Shown: one piece after another, positions 1 to 11,200 of the stretch
Layout of the letters: each line of letters opens with the position of its first letter
Position numbering within the stretch: the first letter of the stretch is position 1
Assembly: GCA_040285825.1 (NCBI GenBank)
Contig: JAUPSS010000004.1
Span: 6,105,784 to 6,169,783 of the forward strand
Direction of reading: 5' to 3'
From: Eukaryota sp. TZLM1-RC
Lineage: Eukaryota; Protista; Metamonada: BaSk clade
DNA length: 64,000 nucleotides
Position numbers and translations under genes: made by a program
Notes under the pieces: generated by a model
The model's input: only the letters and a program-made list of their open reading frames with translations
The model's database searches: none
What the model was told of the DNA's origin: nothing

Positions 1-2820
1 CTCATCGTAATCCTGAGTTCAATCTGCACCATGCATCATTTGGATACTATTTTGAAAGTGAAGTTTATTATAACTATGAATTTGATGAAGTTCCTGAAGT
101 TTTTGTTGCAATCCTCAATGTTGAAACGTCCAAACAAATCGCCTTTGATGTTAATGTTTCTTATAAAACTAAGACACATTTCCTGTTGATCATTCGAACG
201 CAAGCTCCTTTGGAATATCCACGAGAAATTTTTCTAGATGGTGTAGGAATCACTTGGGTAGCAGTAGGGACCATGTGTACCAAAGAACAATTAGCTTACA
301 GTAACTCTCAATTTGCATTTATCAATGGTAATTCAAATTGGAAGCTCAATTCAGTCACGCCTTTTTCCTACCAAAATTCAAATGATATCATTATCTTATC
401 AGCCTTTCAGGGAGTCTATTTCGAAGGACTTGATGGTTTTAATGATATTCAGCAAGAAACCTCTATTTCAGAGGAACCAAAAAGCCACAATTTAAAAGTT
501 GATGCTGTATTCACTAGTGAAGGTTCTGTTCAGGAATTTCGACACAATAGTTTAAGCTTTAATTATTCTGAAGCCAGATACAACACAATTGATATAGGCC
601 AATTTCAAATTAACCAAGGCCTTGGTGACAGTGGTCAATTTGCTTTAAAAGTCGATTTTTCTTTTGAATTCACCAGAGTCCCAAATGTTTTTGTCTTTTT
701 GGATGGTTTCCAAACCTATAATTCTTCTCTATCATATAGAATTGAAGTCGTTGAAATTCTGTTCACTAGTTTCACAGTAAATATCAATATGTTAAGTGAT
801 TCACCAATGAAAATTTGGTTTAACTTTATCGCAATTGATGAAAATTTTGACACATTCGATGCTGTAGACCTTATTCTATTTTCAATTTTCCTCTGCTTAC
901 TCATCACAGCTTTGTTGCTGGAATTGCACAAACCTAACCTTGTTGGAGCTTACAACACTGATGAAGAGCAGTACCATAACCTAGGTGATTATACCCATGT
1001 GGCCAATTATACACCTCCCAAACCAGAAGAGGTATCCAAAGCTGGTTCATATATACCTCGTGATATTAAGTGGCTTGAATGTCTTACTGAATGGAGAAAT
1101 GTCAAGCAAGATTTTTCAGAAACCAAACGTGACACTTTTGGAATTATATTTTGGATGGTGTTTGGAATGATATTGCTAGTATTTTTACTACTATTTTACA
1201 GGGAATTTATCCTGGCCACCAAGTTCTTCCATTCTGTTCAATCAGTCTATATAACACTGTTTATCCTTGGTCTGGAACATTTCCTCATTGTGTTGGCATT
1301 TTTCACGGTGACGTGGCCTCCACATAGAATGGTAAAGGGTTATAATCACAATCCATCGAACGTTGCAGTGCTTATTGCTAGTCATATGAGTGCTGGTAAA
1401 GATCCACAATTAGTTAAGAAAGACACAAAAAAGAATTTCTTTAAATATGATGAATCAAAGTTAAAAGAAAACCAATCAAATGTACAAGCACAATTCACCC
1501 GTGCTCTCAGACTTGCCTCAGATAGTGTGGCTAATGGCAATGTTTACGTCTGTCACAACACAGGAGATGAAGCTCCCCATCCTACTGATAAGACTGTCAG
1601 GATCATTCGTAATGTAGAGGCTTGGGGAAGGAAGGTCAACTACGTATGTGTTGTTGCAATTGTTCTAACAATCAGGTATATATTCCAGCTGGCAACAAGA
1701 CATTTTGTCTTTACTACGTGTGTTTCATGTCATTTACCTAAACATAGGTGGCCAAAAATATTTTGGGAAATAGAAAAGATATTGATTATGTCGTGATTAT
1801 GGATGATGACGTTGTAATTCCCCGTGATATGAGTTGGCAAACACATAGGCTGAAGAAAGACAATGTCTGTGGTGCTGTCGTTACAATCAGGGCTGATATC
1901 AATGATCCTGAAAAGAGTGGGTTTAGGAGAAGAAAGTTACTTGTATGGTTTCAGGACCTCGAATATTTGCTCTCAGGGTTGATGAAGCAATGTCAGAGCA
2001 ATCTTGGCACAGGATCTTATCCCCACGGTGCAATTTCCATCTGGAAAAAGGATGCACTTATAGAAATCTTGGATCATCACAAGTTTGTCACTGGGACTAC
2101 CACGCTAACTTTAGCACCGCATTCCATGGGGAAGATGCAATGATGGGTTTTCTGACAAGGCAACTGATGCCGGGAAAAAAGTTGATCACATTTGCAGCAA
2201 CTCCTGCCCTAACCCAGGTACCTACTGATCTGTTCCACTTGGGTGAAGATTTGTTTGGTGATCATGCTGTTGATGACAAATCCTTGTTCAATCAGCGAGT
2301 CAAGAGTTGGGACGGTATGTCCTTTCGTGTTTAATTTACTTTAGTGTGTGCACATCGATTTTTCTTCAAATACTTGGAACATTTTATCAGATTTTGGAAT
2401 TCTGATACACTAATTCTCAAGCCCTTTTACCTTTATGAAATGATTACTATCATTCGTGATTATTTCCATGTTCTAATTATTGCCTATTTTGTTATCATGG
2501 ACGACATTTATCCACTTGGGCTGATCTATATTCGTGTACTGTTAATTCAGTACATAATTTTCTTCACGTTCAATTATATCAAACTACGAAGAAGAAAGGA
2601 CCTTCAAAGTCCACTGATAGTGGTGATTTTGTTCCCCTTCTACCGTCTTGTACTTTCTTTCTTCCGAATTTTTGCGTTATTCCACAATTTGTTTGAGTAC
2701 TTACCAAAGAAGCGAATGCCTTCATCGGAAGATCCAAATCTCAAGGTTCCCTATTTGCATAAGTTTATTTCCAAACTCAACGAACCTGAGGATTGGCAAA
2801 GAATTTGGAGTATGCAGTAG
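1..2820 (+). CDS. H-type lectin repeat + multi-TM GT2 processive glycosyltransferase (chitin/hyaluronan synthase-like); 5'-partial; introns 1644-1675, 1718-1747, 2083-2114, 2315-2344
   Basis: Frame is open from base 3. The N-terminus has H-type-lectin-like repeats (FDEVPEVFVAI...ITWVAVG; FTRVPNVFVFLDGF...FNFIAID), followed by TM helices. Removing four 30-32 nt GT-AG introns joins ORFs 186, 1748, 1945 and 2344 into one protein with YIPAGNKT, MDDD (DxD), HGAISIWK, HGED and QRVKSW (QxxRW-like) motifs and C-terminal TMs. Confidence 0.8.
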
Positions 2821-3614
2821 AATTCATGATTGGAACTTTGATTGTTGATGAGAACTGTTTGTAATAAAATGTGTTTTGCTTAGCGTCAACTTGTTAAAGA
2901 ACCCCTCTTTTTGATTTTCTGAATCTGTCAGAAAAATCACCAGTTAATGGTTTTATTCAAAATATTTGATCTACAGAACAAGACCTTGAAATGAATCTAA
3001 TATACGTTGTCTTGTAATTAATGTTTCTTGTTATTTCTTATCATTAGGTACAGATTTTAGGCAAAGAAAGAGAGTCCATGTAATGAAATTTTATATTTCG
3101 CGGCCTTTATATTCTTTTTCTTATCGCCATTGTCACCTGATATTGGATAATAGCTTCTTAAAACAAAGTCATCAATTCTTCTAATTGTGTTATACTTGGA
3201 GTGTGTGTAAAGTGTAAAATTTGTAGATTCATCCCACATTCCACTCGAATAAATTTATTTTTGAATTTTTGAATTTTATTTTTGAATTTTTCGAATAAAT
3301 TTAGATTTCGCATATAGTAGACTCAACTCTTGTTGACATATATCAAATTGACACAACTTACTATCAAAAAGGAAATTACATGATGAGCTTCTTTGTGAAC
3401 ATTGAACAAATCATCGTAAAGAAATAATCAACTATACCTTTGATTTCTAGGAAACCACAACTGCGTACAGTAATGACAGGGAGTAAAACTTTTTTATTTC
3501 TCATATTCTATTGCTCATTTAACAAAGTCATTTAGAATGAGCAAATTTCTGATCAATTATGCCAAAAAATCACAAAATCACCTCCAATATTTAATGAAAA
3601 CCACCGAAAACCAC

Positions 3615-5954
3615 TTACAACGCATTTGAAGCCAGAGGATCGACATACATGGGCTTTCTTCCTTTTCTGCGACCTGAGCCACTACTTCTGGGAGGTGGGG
3701 CAACTGAAAGACTACCAAAAGCTGTTGGAAGGTCTGATTGAGCCATTGGCTTTGAAAATGTGGGTGGAGGAAGTGATGAAGGAGGGGGAGGTAGAGCTGT
3801 AGACCCCTGAGCTGTCACTTCCTGACTAGTAGAGCTCACTGAAAATTTCGAGGGTGGCGGCGCTGTAGACCCCTGAGCTGTCACTTCCTGACTAGTAGAG
3901 CTCACTGAAAATTTCGAGGGTGGCGGCGCTGTAGACCCCTGAGCTGTCACTTCCTGACTAGTAGAGCTCACTGAAAATTTCGAGGGTGGCGGCGCTGTAG
4001 ACCCCTGAGCTGTCACTTCCTGACTAGTAGAGCTCACTGAAAATTTCGACGGTGGCGGCGCTGTAGACCCCTGAGCTGTCACTTCCTGACTAGTAGAGCT
4101 CACGGTAGTGGGAGGAGGTGTTGAAATTTTCATTGGAGGAGGAGGTGGAATTGATGCTTTTTTCTTTGGTAACTCCCCTTCCTTGTGCCACCCAACACCC
4201 TGGGTAAATACCATTTTTCCAGCTTCCTGAAGATGAATTGGGGTGAATTCATCATCCTTATTTAAAATTTGGCGAATTTTGCTTATTAAAAATCCTGGCT
4301 TTCTTGGACCAATATAAGTTTCACTATTTTGAGCTGGTTTATCTTCAACAACTTTATCATTGTCAGAGGTTTGAGTAGATGGTCTTGAATTTTCTTGACT
4401 ATTACTGCTCTCAGATCGTTTAAATAGACCAAAAATACCCCCTAATATTGACCCTGATTGACTGGCAACTGATTGACAGGAGTAAATATTCGTAAAGCTA
4501 TCTAATCTATTTTTAAAAGTTTCAGGTAACCTGGTGACGTCAGCAGGTGATAAATGACGTGTATCTGATTGAATTGATTGAAGTAACCGGGTAGCGGATT
4601 TGACAAGTCCAAAATCAGACAGGACAGCAACCATGCCAAGTTTGAACGATAGAAGATCATTTAATTTGTACTGTGAATTATTTAAATATTTGGAAAACTC
4701 AAAAATTTCAGTCAATTGAATTCCGCTGACCAGATCAGACCAACAAAAACTACTACTGACATCACATCCAATCAAACCTATCCTTTCCTCAGTAGTTTTG
4801 ACAGAAACTTTACCCCCAAAAGACGATGTAGGTCTATTCAGTAAATCAACAGTAACACCTTCCCCAGACAAGAGCCAACATAAATGACTGGCAGAAAGGC
4901 AACTAACGTCACCATTGGCTTCGTAGTTTTTTATTAGACCATCTCCAATAGATTTAACAACATTATTAGTATTAGGCGCTCGGTTGATGAGAGTAACGAG
5001 TAGGTTGTTTCTCCAATTATCAACCAAAAAACTCGAATCCGGGCCAAACATGAACTGAAAAGATTCATTCAAAAACATTGAATATAAAGTTCGTAGTGGT
5101 TTTCCAGGAGAAATATTACTTTCAATAAAACTCTTCACCACTTGTTTGTACAGAATTGAATCTCTACTATGAAACGACAAGAGTAAAGCGTGAGCCCAAT
5201 TACCCTCATCACAAGCTGTCTTTATGGCCGAAACGTGGTCACCTTGGAGGAGTAGGTGTTCTATTGTGTTTGGATTGGGAGGGGAGAGTGGAGATTGTGG
5301 AGGAGATAGGTCAGGAGCGGTAGATGCCTGCAAGATTTGGGTTATGGAAGTAATTAATTCATCTGAAATCTCGCCATGATTCTCAAATATTTGGGACATT
5401 GTTGATAAAAGTAACTCACGGGTAGGGCACTTAGTGGAAGAGATGGTTTCCTGGAAGTACTTTGCCACTGCAGATTTGGACTGTTGGATAACAGGTGAAG
5501 GTAAGGTTGACAGAGAGGTGTGGAGTGGAGTGCGTGAAAGTAAAGAGGGTAAGGAAAACTCTGTAATGACACTAGAACCCACAAAGATACGTCCATTGGG
5601 AGAAACACAGACAGGTAGGGAAGAACGAGGAAGTGGAGGACAATGTGAGGGTGGGGAGGGTGGCTTACGGGAGAAGGATTGGCGCCGAGAGACGGATTCA
5701 GGTCTGGATGGGTCACTTAGGTTAGAGAAAGATGGAGGTAGGGAATCCCTCCGAGGAAAGTGTATGTTCAAATTATTGGGGGAAGATTGGCCAGAGGTGG
5801 GTTGAGAGTGAGAAATTGGATGTTGTATCATTGGGGTTGGTCGTGGAGGTGACACAACCATCGTGGAAGAAACGGAAGACTTGTCTGAGGCTTGTGAAGG
5901 TGTTTCCAAGCTAATAAGTTCATCAAAAAAGTCAGCATCATCATCAAAAGACAT
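3615..5954 (-). CDS. SEC16: COPII scaffold protein Sec16 (Sec16/Sec31 ACE1 domain)
   Basis: IEHLLLQGDHVSAIKTACDEGNWAHALLLS, PLRTLY, NWRNNL, IGDGL, ASHLCWL and QLTEIFEF motifs of the Sec16 central conserved domain. Pro/Ser-rich ends and a C-terminal YVDPL motif. First ATG at 5954. Confidence 0.8.
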   Translation of the reverse strand: MSFDDDADFFDELISLETPSQASDKSSVSSTMVVSPPRPTPMIQHPISHSQPTSGQSSPNNLNIHFPRRDSLPPSFSNLSDPSRPESVSRRQSFSRKPPSPPSHCPPLPRSSLPVCVSPNGRIFVGSSVITEFSLPSLLSRTPLHTSLSTLPSPVIQQSKSAVAKYFQETISSTKCPTRELLLSTMSQIFENHGEISDELITSITQILQASTAPDLSPPQSPLSPPNPNTIEHLLLQGDHVSAIKTACDEGNWAHALLLSFHSRDSILYKQVVKSFIESNISPGKPLRTLYSMFLNESFQFMFGPDSSFLVDNWRNNLLVTLINRAPNTNNVVKSIGDGLIKNYEANGDVSCLSASHLCWLLSGEGVTVDLLNRPTSSFGGKVSVKTTEERIGLIGCDVSSSFCWSDLVSGIQLTEIFEFSKYLNNSQYKLNDLLSFKLGMVAVLSDFGLVKSATRLLQSIQSDTRHLSPADVTRLPETFKNRLDSFTNIYSCQSVASQSGSILGGIFGLFKRSESSNSQENSRPSTQTSDNDKVVEDKPAQNSETYIGPRKPGFLISKIRQILNKDDEFTPIHLQEAGKMVFTQGVGWHKEGELPKKKASIPPPPPMKISTPPPTTVSSTSQEVTAQGSTAPPPSKFSVSSTSQEVTAQGSTAPPPSKFSVSSTSQEVTAQGSTAPPPSKFSVSSTSQEVTAQGSTAPPPSKFSVSSTSQEVTAQGSTALPPPPSSLPPPTFSKPMAQSDLPTAFGSLSVAPPPRSSGSGRRKGRKPMYVDPLASNAL
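3796..4103. repeat. 66-bp coding tandem repeat, ~4.7 near-identical copies (PPPSKFSVSSTSQEVTAQGSTA)
   Basis: Units start at 3796, 3862, 3928, 3994 and 4060. Confidence 0.95.
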
Positions 5955-6076
5955 TTGAGAATAGATAATGGCAATATGTTGAGAGTCAGTGAAGAGATTA
6001 AGTAAAACGTTGTTCAAAGATTTTCAACTAAAGATTTTTAAAAAACTGGAATATTTATTGAGATAAAAAAACCCAT

Positions 6077-7400
6077 CTAGAATTCAATATCCTCCAAACA
6101 AGCGTCACTATTACTGAACCTACTCACAGCATTACGTTCATATTCTACACCAATAGCTAAAAGTGCCTTTGAAATCATTGTAGGAATAGACTTGAAAATG
6201 CAAAAAACAATTCTATTTAACCAGAAAGTGGAGTTCATTGTTTTACCAGACCTATTCAGTAACACCTTTTTAAAATTTTCCAAAAAGTGCAACCCTGAAG
6301 GTCCAATATTGCCAAAAAGAGAAATTGCAAACGGCACAAACTGATATTTCACATGTTCCACTCTACCTAACTGTGCCAAAGATTCTTCATATTTTTTTAT
6401 CTTCTTTTTTTCGGCGTTAGATAACGGCGAATCAGCGGAATACACTAAACGAGCAGCAGAATTTTTGCAAACATCAACTGAGACAACATCTACAACATTG
6501 AGAACACCATCGATCCCTGGAGCTACTAAATCTGCCCTTCTTTTACCAAAGGAATCATCAGTTTGATCTGAAGACAGCTTACGTACTAGTGGCTCAATAA
6601 ATGCCTCTATATTGAAACTTTTGCACATGGCATATAATTGATCACGAACTGAGTCATGAACAATTGAGCGATAAGTTATAAAATACTTACAGTTTAAAAT
6701 ATGGGAAAGCGTAACAACACTCTTGCAGCGACAAATAAAATCATTTGGTAATGAACAAGGCCATAGAAAACATCTCATTCTCATTGCAGTGGTCCATTGG
6801 TGATCATTAAGTAGAAGGCCATAAATGTTGGGAATTTGGGAGATTAAGCAATTTGAGCAACTGTCTTCAAGATCAATCAAAAAGTTTGCAAAAACGGGAT
6901 TTTTTTCCTTAGCCAAGCTAAGACGTACAATATAATCCAAGTTTTCTAAAACTTTCAAGATTTTTTTCTGCAATTTTGCAAAAGTCAATGGTAAGGAGAG
7001 CAAGCTTCTTGAAGGAAGTTCCACAATATCAGAGGGGAAACATTTAGCCCAAATATTGGGTGAAAGTGTTTCAATTTCCTGTTGCAAAGAAATAAGATAG
7101 GAGCTGCCACAATTTTCAATGAGATGAATTTTTTCAGGAAAACGATTCACAAATTCATAAATAAAATTCTTTCCACCTCCAATAAAGGCAGCTTTACAAC
7201 GGTAGCTTGATTTATGAAAATCAACACCACCAAAATTTGTACCACAAAAAATGTGGCTTCGTAACTGAGATGCATCAATTTCCAATAATTTTGCTAAAAA
7301 ATTGGATCTTTGTTCATTGAAAATTCGACAAAATTCCCAGGAAATTGATGGTGATGTTGATCTCAAAATATGAGTAAATTTTCCAGAATAACAGATTTTG
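6077..7400 (-). mobile_element. 5'-truncated CRE-like non-LTR retrotransposon (family A): RT thumb, CCHC finger, RLE endonuclease; ORF still open
   Basis: CRCKSVVTLSHILNC (CCHC), HDSVRD, KRRADL, DVVSVD and AEKKKIKKY RLE motifs. Close copy at 46743-48070. Confidence 0.88.
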
Positions 7401-7404
7401 TTTT

Positions 7405-7700
7405 GTGTGTTTTTTTTAAATAAATTTATTTTTATTTTCAACGCTAACCAAACATCAAAAAAACCAGGACTCAATATCCTCAATACACGCATCAACATCA
7501 TCAAAGCTCTTAAGGGCTGTATGTGTTTAAGGTGATACCTTTGTGATACTAACCTTCTAGGCAAACACAGTAAAACATATGTAAGCAGACACTAGCTACA
7601 ATATTCTTTGGGTACGATTTTTGTTTGTTGGTAATCTGGTGATTTTGATATTGTGGCAGTGTCCCTCAAATATAAGTTAAAACACATAGGATGCTTATAG
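7405..7700 (-). mobile_element. 3' end of another diverged RLE non-LTR copy with A-rich tail, head-to-tail with the 6077 element
   Basis: Minus strand encodes SFDDVDACIEDIE (cf. FSNSDACLEDIEF at the end of family A), then AATAAA and an A-run. The first ~55 aa of ORF 6077..7564 are therefore not part of the element. Confidence 0.6.
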
Positions 7701-8223
7701 GCTGATTGTTTAAACAAAGATTACAACCACTCATCACGAATTTGAGGTAAAAATCATCGAAATTTAGATTATGATCTTTAGTTGTTGCAATCCCTCATTT
7801 GAAATTAAGGCTATCCTGATTCTTAACATACAATTTGCTGAGTTTATCTCTACAAAATGGAAGAGATTTAATGGATTGTCATCAATGGGGCTTTAGGAAA
7901 CAAGGGAAAAAGCAGTCGAGTCCAAGTGTGTTCAATTTCATTAAAAAATACCTTTAATAAATACTTTCGACCTGGAAAACTTCATACAATGGAAAAATGA
8001 TAACGAATGTTACTTAACAAATATTGTTAAACAATGCCTTCAGAGTCCATCATTCTATTATTCTAGAATTTCGGAATTCCAACTAAAATTCTGGAATTAC
8101 TGAAATTGTTTGAGTTTTTTGTGATAGGGTATTGTATTTTCTTTTCAAGAATGCTTTGGAATTTGGGAATTACAAAATTCTACAATTGGAAATTACTTCT
8201 TAGTTGAGTTAATCAAAACACCA

Positions 8224-11200
8224 ATGCCTCCAGAATCCGAATGGAGGCAGCTTGTAGGACAGTTTCAAGACCTACTGTCCAAGCACAACACCCCAAAGGA
8301 ACCTACATCCTCATTAACCCCTTCACATAGTCTTAAACCCAAACGACCAGTTCCTGCTACCACTCCGTTACTCTTCTCTGAACACTCACCTTACCTCTCC
8401 AAAACATCTACTTCAACTCATGAACCACGTTCATACTCATCAGAACGCCTAACAAAGTCTGCTCTCATCGAGAAAGAAGCCGAACTCGACCAACTTGTTG
8501 CACAGTTTCAGCAACATACATCGCCAAGCTCCCATTACCCCAATCCTGACTCAAATGAACCCCCAACCATAACTTCTCCTGCTTCTCAAACCTCCTCTCC
8601 TCTTCTCACTCTAGATCATCTTGCTTCCGACATACCTCCCGATCTAACCAACTGGAAGGAGGAGTACGATGCCCTTCAAGTTGAACATGATCAAGTGGTA
8701 GCTCGATTGGAGGAGGTATCATCCGTTGCAGAGGAACTAGAAAGCAAAGTGAACCATTACCAGCAAAATGAACAAGACCACCTTCAGACTGTCGCTCAAC
8801 TAAAGACACAAGTAGGTGACCTCACTAGTGAATTAGACAGAATCAAGGGGGAGGTTGATGTCAAAGGTGTCGCTTTGAGTAGTGTAAACGAAGTTAAACA
8901 TAGTTTGGAGCAAGAAATTCTACAATTACGGTCAAACAATGAGGATAATTTAAGCAAAAAGGATGCGGAAATCAACCAACTTTTAGAACGTATTAATGGT
9001 TATGAAGCCTTACTACAAGAGGAAAAGGGGAATAATTTGCATCAGCAAGCTGAATTTGAGCGCAATATTGACTATTTGAAAGAACAAATAGTAGCTCTCA
9101 AAGTTGAATTAAAATCTAAAAACAGAGAGTGCGATAAAGTCTCAAGATTACTTACATCTGAAGAGCAAAAATTAGTTCTAGCAAGAAGGGAGCTTGCTGA
9201 TGTTAAGGAAACTTTAAGAAAGTCAAACGAAGTCTCTGGTCAAGATGCTGCTGAAAAACAAGCAGAAATTAATAGACTTGCGGGTGAACTTTCTCAGAGC
9301 AGGCAAGAAAATGTTGATACTAAGTTTACTTTTGAAAACCAAATTGCTGATTTAACTTCGCAATTGCAAGTTGAGCGGGCTTTGGTCGCCGAAGAACAGA
9401 ATAAATGTGGCCTTTTGCGTCTTGAGATTGGCGATCTACAAGGAATTATTGATGAAAAAGATCAGGCATTGTCAGAGAAAGAGACTGAATATAAGAATAA
9501 GAGTGGAGTTTTTGATGGTGTAATTAATGCTTTAAAAGAAGAAATTTCCAAGTTTAAGCAGCGGGAATCTGAATTGGTTGCCCAAAATGAGGAATTAAAT
9601 AATGAAATTGCTACCATTAAATCGGAACTTAATAGCGTCAAACTCACAAGTTCCTCCAGAGAAGCTGTTCTATTAAAGGAAAAAAGCGATTTGGAAATGA
9701 TTTTTTCTCAAAAAAACACAGAAATCGCAGATTTAACGTCTTTAATTGAATCTTTAAAATCAAATCATCAACAAGAATTAAATAGCTTGAATGAATCAAT
9801 TACACCTATTAAAGAAGAAAATATTGCCCTCGAAAGCCGCATATCTGAGTTATCCAAGGAGAATGTTGCTAAAAGCCAAACTTTAGCCACAGCCAAGGCG
9901 ACTCTATCTGCTAGAGTTTTTGAATTAGAACAGTCGAATAATGAATTAATTTACCAAGTCAAGCAAAAAGATACGGATTTGAGCGAATTAACTTCACGAT
10001 TTACTGATACCATGGAACATTTAGAAGAAGTAGAGCTGAATTCAGAGTCTTTAGCGGTGGAAAAGAATAGATTGGAGAGCGATCTTGCTCGGGTTGAAGA
10101 ACAATTATCCCAATTATACGCTGATTTTGATAAATTTGAAGCTGAAAAAACAAGTGAAAACTCTGAGTTGTCGAACCAAGTAGAGAAATTAAAATCTGAG
10201 TTGGAAGCTTTAAATAATTCATTTGGAATTGCTGAGGCAAGTGCTGAATCACTGTCGGAGCAGTTGTCAAATGTAACCAGAGAATATCATGAGGAAATGA
10301 AAGCTAAAAATTTAAAAATTAAGGATTTGACTGATATGAGTGATGAGCTCAGAAGGGAAAAAGTCGATTTATCGACTGCGTTGGAGGAAAAGTGTCAAGA
10401 ATTGGATGCAGAAAGGAATGAAAAGGAAGAACAAATTAATTCTTTGCAATTGGAGGTGGAGCAAAAGCAATCAAACTTGGAAACCGTTTCTGATCAACTT
10501 TCACATGAAATTTCTGAATTAAAGGCTGTAATTGAGGAAAAAGATCTTGATTTGTCTGAATTGACCTCAAGCTTGTCAATGAATGAAAATTTGGTCGATG
10601 AGCTCAAGATGCAGATTTCCACGCTTCAAGCACAATTAAAATCCAAGTCTGAATCTTTTGAAGAAGAAGTCGCTGCCAAAGCTTTTGAAGTTCAACATTT
10701 GAAGGGAATTGTTTCAGAATTGAGAGAGTCTAGTCACGAGATTTCAAAGGACAAGGACCATTTAAGAACCGAATTATGCTCTAAGTTAGACGATGCCAAT
10801 ACTGAAATTTCTTTATTAAAACACAAGATTGATGTTTTTTCATCAGAAAAAGAAGATTTGGAATTGGAATTGCAACGATTAATGGAGGAAAATCAAAACA
10901 ACCAATACCAAAACACTCTTGAAATTGCTGCCATTACCGATGAAAAGCTTAATTTGATCGCTGAATTGGATGATTGCAAACATAAATTACAGGAAATTCT
11001 TGACTCAAATACCTCAAAATTGACCAATTGTCAATCCATAAATGAAGAATTAAGCCAAGCTGTGGAATATTACAAACAAGAAGTTTTTAATTCTCAATCA
11101 GTGGAAAGTGAATTAAGTGCTAGAGTTTCACAACTAGAACAACAACTTGATGACGTGATGCGGCGTCACCAGGATGAAATCAATCAAATCAAGGATCAAA

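Noticed and set aside
3796-4103. CRISPR-like array
   Set aside because: Contiguous identical units with no unique spacers, in frame within Sec16.
5354-5914. Short overlapping or antisense ORFs here and within the other long genes
   Set aside because: Shadow frames of real CDSs with no recognisable motifs.
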